DNA of 32,000 nt from Nostoc sp. PCC 7120 = FACHB-418 (GTDB lineage: Bacteria; Cyanobacteriota; Cyanobacteriia; Cyanobacteriales; Nostocaceae), in contig NC_003272.1 of NCBI RefSeq assembly GCF_000009705.1, forward strand, positions 2,670,001 to 2,702,000, read 5' to 3'. Of this stretch, positions 26,421-32,000 are shown in pieces (position 1 is the stretch's first letter; each line of letters opens with the position of its first letter). The notes below the pieces were generated by a model. The model was not told where the DNA came from and did not search any database. It saw nothing but the letters and a program-made list of their open reading frames with translations. Made by a program: the position numbers and the translations under genes.

Positions 26421-26511
26421 TATGTCTAAATCATAAACTTATGAAATTGGTACCCATTTTAACGCGAGTCTTTTTTGACCTCTCCCCCAGCCCCTATAAA
26501 GAGCTAAAAAT

Positions 26512-28353
26512 TTAATCTGGGCGCTGTTCTGTGAGAACTTTATAAGCATAGTTGAAATCATCGGTAGTAATCTTGATTTCAGAAGGGTCTGTCAATCCTT
26601 GGGAGCGAAAACGACGAATTGCTTCTACCGCCGCTTGATTGCACAGTAAAGTTAAATCTGCACCATTCCAATCTTGGGTCATCTCTGCCCAATAGTTGAA
26701 ATCCACACCGTCTAGGGGTCGTCCTTGGCTATGGACTAGGAGAATTGCCAGACGACTAGCTAAATCTGGTAAATCTACCTTCATCTGTAAATCTAAGCGT
26801 CCGGCGCGTAACAAAGCTGGGTCAAGGGCATCGGGTCGATTGGTCGCCCCAATTACTAAGATGGTGCTGCCTACTTCTATGCCATCCAACTCTGTGAGCA
26901 ATTGTCCAACTACGCGATCGCTCACTCCCGAATCACCACTAAAACTGCCCCGTGCTGGAGCTAAAGTATCGATTTCATCAATAAATACAACACAAGGCTC
27001 TGCTTGACGCGCCTTGGCAAATAATTCCCGTACTGCTTGTTCACTTGCACCCACCCAACGACTGAGTAACTCTGGGCCGTTGACACCAATAAAATTAGCT
27101 CTGGCTTGGGAAGCAACGGCCTTAGCTAATAAAGTTTTTCCTGTCCCTGGCGGCCCCCACAGTAAAATGCCTTTTGGTGCTAGTGCTTTGGTTTGCAAAT
27201 ACAGTTCTGGATATAACAGCGCTCCTTCCACTGACTCCCGTAGGGTTTGCTTAATCGTATCCAAACCACCAATATCGTCCCAGGCGATGTGAGGAACTTC
27301 GACTTCCACGCTTCGTAGTACAGCTGGTTTGATTTCTTTGAGTGCTTGCAAAAAGTCAGCTTGGCTAACTGTCATATTCTCTGGAACTGCACTTTCAACC
27401 GAAGGCATTTGACGGCGCAGAGCAGTATAAGCAGCCTTTTGACAGAGGGCTTTTAAGTCAGCCCCCACAAATCCCACAGATCGTTCGGCGATCGCATCCA
27501 GGTCAACTGTTTCTTCCAAAGGCATGGCACGGGTGAGAATTTGCAGAATATCTCTGCGTCCTTTCACATCTGGCACACGAAACTGGACTTCCCGGTCAAA
27601 TCGCCCCGGACGGCGCAAAGCTGGGTCAAGATGGTCAGGACGGTTAGTCGCAGCCAGTACAATCACACCTTGACTGTGGGAAAAACCATCCATCAGGCTT
27701 AACAGTTGGGCTACAAGACGTTTTTCTACTTCCCCTTCTACTGCACTCCGGTCAGGAGCTAAACTATCGATTTCATCAATGAAAATAATACAAGGAGCAT
27801 TCTTAGCAGCCTTTTCAAAAATACCCCGCAGTCTTTGCTCGGCTTCACCATAATATTTGCTGATAACTTCCGGCCCCACCAGCGCAATATAGTTAACACC
27901 AAGTTCCTCAGCCAAACCACGAGCAGTTAGAGTTTTACCAGTGCCAGGAGGCCCAACTAAAAGTACACCCCGCGTAGGTTCCAACCCCAATTTTGCCAGG
28001 AGGTCAGGGCGTTTTAAGGGAATAGCGATTAATTCCTTAAGTTCTTTAACAACCTCACCCAGCCCGCCAACATCTTTCAAAGAATTACCAGAAGGCGCAT
28101 CCGGTGGAACAACAACATCAGAACTGTCTCCATTCCCTGAATCAGAATTAGGAGAGGGTTGGGTACGAATACGGCTTGTACCAATATCATTAGCCATATT
28201 ATTAGGACGCGGGATATTTCCAGTTCTAGGAATACTGCTCATAGAACGAGAGTTAATCTGGAAATCAGTCTTAATTTCTCCTTTCTCTGCTTTTTCTTCT
28301 AAAGTTTTGACTAATTCAATTAACTGTTCAAATCCCTTGAATAAATCACTCAT
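26512..28353 (-). CDS. Double-ring AAA+ ATPase, Cdc48/p97/VCP-like, with a non-canonical low-complexity N-terminus
   Basis: Two complete AAA modules. D1 has GPPGTGKT, IIFIDEIDS and ATNRPDHLDPALRRPGRFD. D2 has GPPGTGKT, VVFIDEIDT and ATNRPDALDPALLRAGRLD. The first ~100 aa form a short helix followed by an S/P/N/G-rich tract, not a double-psi-barrel N-domain. Confidence 0.9.
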   Translation of the reverse strand: MSDLFKGFEQLIELVKTLEEKAEKGEIKTDFQINSRSMSSIPRTGNIPRPNNMANDIGTSRIRTQPSPNSDSGNGDSSDVVVPPDAPSGNSLKDVGGLGEVVKELKELIAIPLKRPDLLAKLGLEPTRGVLLVGPPGTGKTLTARGLAEELGVNYIALVGPEVISKYYGEAEQRLRGIFEKAAKNAPCIIFIDEIDSLAPDRSAVEGEVEKRLVAQLLSLMDGFSHSQGVIVLAATNRPDHLDPALRRPGRFDREVQFRVPDVKGRRDILQILTRAMPLEETVDLDAIAERSVGFVGADLKALCQKAAYTALRRQMPSVESAVPENMTVSQADFLQALKEIKPAVLRSVEVEVPHIAWDDIGGLDTIKQTLRESVEGALLYPELYLQTKALAPKGILLWGPPGTGKTLLAKAVASQARANFIGVNGPELLSRWVGASEQAVRELFAKARQAEPCVVFIDEIDTLAPARGSFSGDSGVSDRVVGQLLTELDGIEVGSTILVIGATNRPDALDPALLRAGRLDLQMKVDLPDLASRLAILLVHSQGRPLDGVDFNYWAEMTQDWNGADLTLLCNQAAVEAIRRFRSQGLTDPSEIKITTDDFNYAYKVLTEQRPD

Positions 28354-28395
28354 AGCATCACTCCAAAAATCTCAAAAACCTTACTTTTTCCGCCT

Positions 28396-30303
28396 TTATC
28401 TTTTATTAGCAGTTAATTCCTCGACTTCAAATAAAAGACTAGCCGCGCCTTTAACTCGGTCTATAGCCTCCACCGAACGGGGTAATCCAGGTAGGCGAAT
28501 CATAGTTTGTTCTGGAAATAAACTATGATCAATTTCCACTTCTGGACTATAGCGATTCTGCACTATATAACGCTGACTAACCCCCATGTTTTTTAAAGAC
28601 TCTGTTAAGCGTATATGTTCAGATATGATGGCTACTTCTGACTGAATCACCCCAACAAATTGAGTATGTTGAAAATTCTTTAACTTCTTTTGTGCTTGTA
28701 CAACTTGCTGACGTAAATTTCGTAAACGTCCAATGAATTCCACTCTACCCAAAACATCTTGATATTTTAGCCACAGTTTAAATATCCAAGATAACCAATC
28801 ACCTAAAGCCGATGGCATTTCTAAAAATCGCAGAAGATGACCTGTTGGCGCAGTATCTAAAATGATTAAATCTTGCTGGTTACTATCTAACAAATCCATC
28901 ACAGTAATTAGAGATAGCATCTCATCAATACCCGGTAAAGCTTGAGACATAATCTGTCGCCATGCCTCCGGCACATAGGCAACATTCACTGTTGTATTTG
29001 CTTGTGAACCTTCGCCACTAATCATATCTGCCAATTCCCAAAGATAATCTCTACGGAATTGTTCTAAAACTCTGTTGGCATCAATTTCTTGCCCACTTAA
29101 ATTCGAGGTTAAAGATATAGGCTCATGTCCTAAATCCTTGCCAAAAGCATCTCCTAAAGAATGTGCTGGGTCTATAGAAATTACCTGAATTTTTTTATCT
29201 GGATGTTGTTGAGCAGAAGCCCAAGCTATGCCGGCGGCTACCGTTGTTTTTCCTACACCTCCTTTACCGCCAATAATAATTAATTTGCATCCTTCGTTAA
29301 TAAAATCATGAAAGCTAGGTAAAACTTGAGTAGGCCATTGAATAATTGGTGGCGGCACAAGTTCAACACTGGCAATTTTTTGAATTTGGGATGCTAGAGA
29401 ATCTAATGCCACCCCACCCAAGGGTTCTACTCTTTGTTGTGGTACGATAAAAACAGGCTGATTAGTATTAAGATTTAAGTACTTAGTAAGTAAATTTTGC
29501 TGTTCAGCGTAACGGTCTAGTTCTAACTCCGAATTTAGTAAAATGTGATTAATAAATAATCCAGCGTAGGGAACATCTAATGTTTCTAGGCTATTTAAAA
29601 ATCGCTCGGTTTCAGAAAAACACATGGGTTCAGAAATACCCACTACCAAACAACCAGTAAATTTTTCATCTTGCAGTAAGCGTCTGCCTTCTGCTAATTG
29701 ATGTTTCATCTCTACTAAAAAGTTATCGACTTCATCAGCCGTATAACTACCTTTAAAACTTTGGGTAATTACCCGATGTTTTTCTTGAAACAGTTCTAGG
29801 GAATTTAAAATAACATCTAAAAAATCTTTGAGGCGTAACAAATTTAGGGTATGACCAGAAGGAGCCATGTCTATAACTACACGATCTGCCTCATTGTCAG
29901 CTAGTAGGCGCTGAATTTCTAGCAAACCCATTAATTCATTCAAGCCAGGCCAGTTTAAATCCCATACTGGTGCTAAATCACCTCCATCAGCTAAACTGCC
30001 TCTCTCCACAAGTATTTCTAAAAAGTAACTATATTTTGCTTTAAATTCCAACAACAATTTTTGAGCATCCAACGCCTGAACACTCAAGTTAGGTAAGTCT
30101 GTTACTGCTAATGCAATATCTTTAACTTCTGATTGCAATACATCCCCTAAAGAATGTGCAGGATCTGTAGAAATTAACAGAATTTTTTCTTGAGGAAACT
30201 TTCTGGCCCAATAACGTGCAAAGCTGCAAGATATGGTAGTTTTACCAACCCCACCTTTGCCGCTAAACATAACTAGATGCAATGAATCATAGTAGTCCAT
30301 CAT
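28396..30303 (-). CDS. Tandem-domain ArsA/Get3(TRC40)-family ATPase
   Basis: Two homologous halves. Each has a deviant Walker A GKGGVGKTT, a DPAHSLGD motif and a switch II (DMAPSGHTL in one, DTAPTGHLL in the other). No arsB, arsC, arsD or arsR lies nearby. Confidence 0.85.
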   Translation of the reverse strand: MMDYYDSLHLVMFSGKGGVGKTTISCSFARYWARKFPQEKILLISTDPAHSLGDVLQSEVKDIALAVTDLPNLSVQALDAQKLLLEFKAKYSYFLEILVERGSLADGGDLAPVWDLNWPGLNELMGLLEIQRLLADNEADRVVIDMAPSGHTLNLLRLKDFLDVILNSLELFQEKHRVITQSFKGSYTADEVDNFLVEMKHQLAEGRRLLQDEKFTGCLVVGISEPMCFSETERFLNSLETLDVPYAGLFINHILLNSELELDRYAEQQNLLTKYLNLNTNQPVFIVPQQRVEPLGGVALDSLASQIQKIASVELVPPPIIQWPTQVLPSFHDFINEGCKLIIIGGKGGVGKTTVAAGIAWASAQQHPDKKIQVISIDPAHSLGDAFGKDLGHEPISLTSNLSGQEIDANRVLEQFRRDYLWELADMISGEGSQANTTVNVAYVPEAWRQIMSQALPGIDEMLSLITVMDLLDSNQQDLIILDTAPTGHLLRFLEMPSALGDWLSWIFKLWLKYQDVLGRVEFIGRLRNLRQQVVQAQKKLKNFQHTQFVGVIQSEVAIISEHIRLTESLKNMGVSQRYIVQNRYSPEVEIDHSLFPEQTMIRLPGLPRSVEAIDRVKGAASLLFEVEELTANKR

Positions 30304-30340
30304 GAAATTAAAAATTCCTTGATAAATTTATTAGTAGAAA

Positions 30341-31024
30341 TTAAACAAAGTGATAGGGTGGTAGAGGTTCTCCCAAGATTAAATTCCAATGAGGGCATTT
30401 TTCTTGTAGCGTTAACACTTGTTTGAAGAGTAAAGTTTTATCATGGCGATCAACTAAAAGATGAAGCCGTACTTCTTCTACATAATCTTGAATGATCGCA
30501 GATGAGCGATAAACATCCATTATTAAATTGATCAGATGATTTTTCTCCCTATTTTGATCACCAATAAAGTTTTTTTGATGTTCATAATGTAGTTTTTTCG
30601 CCAAAAAGTAATCTCTGCCATTTCCCCCTGATACCTTAGCGAGTTCTTCAAATTTACGAGGAATGAGCTTTAAAGTATATTCAGTTTTTCCTTGAATATG
30701 ATCGAGTTTCTTTTGATATTCCTGAGCATGAGACTCTATATGATTTAGTAATGTCTCTTCGGAATTGAAATAAGTGCCAAAACGTAGAGGTAAAACTGTT
30801 GTCTGCTGAGATAGCTCACAAATGACGCGATCGTGAGCTAAAACCATCTTGATAACTTCCTCGTCATTATTTTGGCTAGATTCTAAGGATATTCCCGGTT
30901 CCACGACGGCTGAGAGCTTATGGCCATGAATCAGGAGTAATTGACCCAGATTGCCAGATGGTAGACGTAAAGGAATATCAGGAGTATTTAGAAAAGCATA
31001 AGTGTAAAAATTTGGCGATCGCAT
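30341..31024 (-). CDS. GvpL/GvpF-family gas vesicle protein (GvpW-like)
   Basis: N-terminus YTYAFLNT...L..LPSG (compare the LYLYGI-type start of GvpF/L). Core motif HDRVICEL...TVLPLRFGT. C-terminus GEPLPPYHFV. Length about 227 aa. It sits next to gvpG and a GvpV-like ORF, matching the cyanobacterial ...G-V-W order. Confidence 0.75.
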   Translation of the reverse strand: MRSPNFYTYAFLNTPDIPLRLPSGNLGQLLLIHGHKLSAVVEPGISLESSQNNDEEVIKMVLAHDRVICELSQQTTVLPLRFGTYFNSEETLLNHIESHAQEYQKKLDHIQGKTEYTLKLIPRKFEELAKVSGGNGRDYFLAKKLHYEHQKNFIGDQNREKNHLINLIMDVYRSSAIIQDYVEEVRLHLLVDRHDKTLLFKQVLTLQEKCPHWNLILGEPLPPYHFV

Positions 31025-31124
31025 TATTCCACCCAGGTAAAAAAACTTAAATATTCTATTTTATTGCTGCCAGAACAAATATCTTGTCATAGAAATATAA
31101 AAACATCTGAATTTGATTAAACTA

Positions 31125-31152
31125 TTTACATCTTTAAAATCTTAGTTATAAT
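31125..31152 (+). promoter_or_regulatory. Sigma70-type promoter candidate (TTTACA - 16 bp - TATAAT)
   Basis: The -35 element is at 31125-31130 and a perfect -10 at 31147-31152. It lies in the 126-bp divergent region. It implies translation of the downstream ORF from ATG 31178 rather than 31151. Confidence 0.4.
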
Positions 31153-31177
31153 GCTATCAATTATTCAGGTATTTCCA

Positions 31178-31492
31178 ATGACAAAAGTACGTAATCGGGG
31201 CATAATCAGACCTAAAATCACTACAATGCCTAGAAATAAATCTGAGGCTTCCAGTCAATTAGAACTTTACAAATTAGTAACAGAACAACAGAGAATTAAA
31301 CAAGAGTTGGCTTTTATCGAACAGAGGACAGTACTACTTAAGCAACGATTATCTACGCTTAAAACCCAGATAGAAGGTACAGAAAGGAGTATTAATCATT
31401 TGCGTCATTCTGAGCTAAAATATTCTCGGATAGCACTACCAAAAATATTCAGTGAAACTAATAATTACCAAGCATTTGATATCGAATATTAA
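31178..31492 (+). CDS. Small basic/coiled-coil protein, GvpV-like
   Basis: MTKVRNRGIIRPKITTMPRNKSEASSQLELYKLVTEQQRIKQELAFIEQRTVLLKQRLSTLKTQIEG... has a basic N-terminus followed by a heptad-rich helix. It is followed at once by a strong hairpin terminator. Its position between gvpG and the GvpW-like gene fits gvpV. This identification comes from memory of the family, not from a search. Confidence 0.55.
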   Translation: MTKVRNRGIIRPKITTMPRNKSEASSQLELYKLVTEQQRIKQELAFIEQRTVLLKQRLSTLKTQIEGTERSINHLRHSELKYSRIALPKIFSETNNYQAFDIEY

Positions 31493-31527
31493 ACTATTAA
31501 CCCGCGAAAGCGGGTTTTTAATAGTTT
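31491..31527. terminator. Extended palindrome / bidirectional terminator (core AACCCGC gaaa GCGGGTT + T5; outer arms AAACTATTAA/TTAATAGTTT)
   Basis: Read directly from the sequence. It sits between the convergent GvpV-like ORF (+) and gvpG (-). Confidence 0.7.
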
Positions 31528-31617
31528 AATTTAACTGATTAAGTAGCTAAGTGTACATAAATCAAAGTTTGTAAGAAAAACTTGTCCCTGAGCGCTGCAA
31601 ATCAAAATAACACTTAA

Positions 31618-31995
31618 TCAAGGTGATAAAACTAAATCCTCTTTATCTTCGTATTCCTCGCTAAATCTAGATTGGTCTTGATAAACTGGATTTTCTTCAG
31701 ATGCTAATATAAAAATAGGTTGCACATCTAAATCATCATCTTCCTCAGACTCTGCATTGAGGCGCTCTTCTGCTTCTAAAGCTTGAATTTTCAAGAGAAT
31801 CTCTTCTTCTTGTATATCAAATTCTTCTTCAGAAATTTCACCCATATCAAATTTTAATTGCAGACTTAATAATTGCTTATGTAGATTTTCTTGAGCATCA
31901 AATTCAGTATTGGTACGTTCTTGAATTTGTTCTCCAATCCACATAAGTCCATTAATTGGCCCCATAACAGGCAATAACAAGATTTTACCTAGCAT
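31618..31995 (-). CDS. gvpG: Gas vesicle protein GvpG
   Basis: MLGKILLLPVMGPINGLMWIGEQIQERTNTEFDAQENLHKQLLSLQLKFDMGEISEEEF... is the conserved GvpG N-terminal hydrophobic segment plus helix. An acidic C-terminal tail follows. The rest of the gvp operon presumably lies beyond 32000. Confidence 0.85.
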   Translation of the reverse strand: MLGKILLLPVMGPINGLMWIGEQIQERTNTEFDAQENLHKQLLSLQLKFDMGEISEEEFDIQEEEILLKIQALEAEERLNAESEEDDDLDVQPIFILASEENPVYQDQSRFSEEYEDKEDLVLSP

Positions 31996-32000
31996 TGTAT

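Noticed and set aside
26309-26515. A 68-aa plus-strand ORF in the NACHT/AAA+ convergent gap.
   Set aside because: It contains the 11-bp-stem terminator hairpin of the minus-strand operon and runs into the AAA+ gene stop. It is implausible as a gene.
27941-28528. A 195-aa plus-strand ORF, together with 26696-27007 and 27014-27292, lying antisense to the Cdc48-like and ArsA-like genes.
   Set aside because: These lie entirely within, and antisense to, strongly motif-supported AAA+ and ArsA-like coding sequence. Their translations are low-complexity (P/S/R/G-rich), typical of shadow ORFs.
28396-30303. Reading the ArsA-like gene as an arsenite-efflux ATPase, i.e. an arsenic resistance locus.
   Set aside because: No arsB/acr3, arsC, arsD or arsR gene is adjacent. 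The gene is instead tightly packed between a GvpL/F-family gene and a Cdc48-like gene. It is therefore called only at family level (ArsA/Get3).
1-32000. A search for CRISPR arrays, tRNA/rRNA genes, group I/II introns, and complete IS elements or prophage genes.
   Set aside because: No regularly spaced 25-40-bp direct repeats, no tRNA T-loop/acceptor signatures (GGTTCGAA-type) and no rRNA-like segments were seen. The only mobile-element traces are the two truncated transposase fragments at 6363-6837.

Overview
This window looks like chromosome from a heterocystous (Nostocales-type) cyanobacterium. The evidence is many copies of the HIP1 octamer GCGATCGC (e.g. 771, 3412, 6965, 8740, 14943, 16869, 16900, 20489, 20931, 26915) and two blocks of STRR-type heptamer tandem repeats. 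No rRNA, tRNA or CRISPR array was seen.

Gene content from left to right:
1. A phosphonate/phosphite-type ABC importer on the minus strand (phnC, two tandem phnD paralogues, phnE).
2. A divergently transcribed SLH/OprB-type porin.
3. A small patch of IS5- and IS630-family transposase fragments.
4. A PEP-CTERM protein.
5. A Tat-exported PhoD alkaline phosphatase with a Pho-box-like triple repeat upstream.
6. A siderophore uptake module (AraC-family regulator, TonB-dependent receptor, periplasmic binding protein) with candidate operator repeats.
7. A small RIO/Kdo-like kinase.
8. A 1707-aa REC-GAF-multiPAS-HisKA_2 sensor kinase.
9. A REC protein with a degenerate His-less DHp stub, followed by a REC-HisKA-HATPase hybrid kinase.
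10. An orphan HTH-NACHT STAND NTPase in a visibly AT-rich stretch.
11. The edge of a gas-vesicle locus: gvpG, a GvpV-like coiled-coil ORF and a GvpL/F (GvpW-like) gene.

The best candidate for an undescribed system is the operon led by the GvpL/F-like gene. It continues directly into a tandem-domain ArsA/Get3-type ATPase and a double-ring Cdc48-like AAA+ ATPase that lacks a canonical N-domain. The second candidate is the stand-alone HTH-NACHT protein, which could be a bNACHT/NLR-like defence protein or a signalling protein. All functional calls rest on motif recognition by eye. No database search was run.
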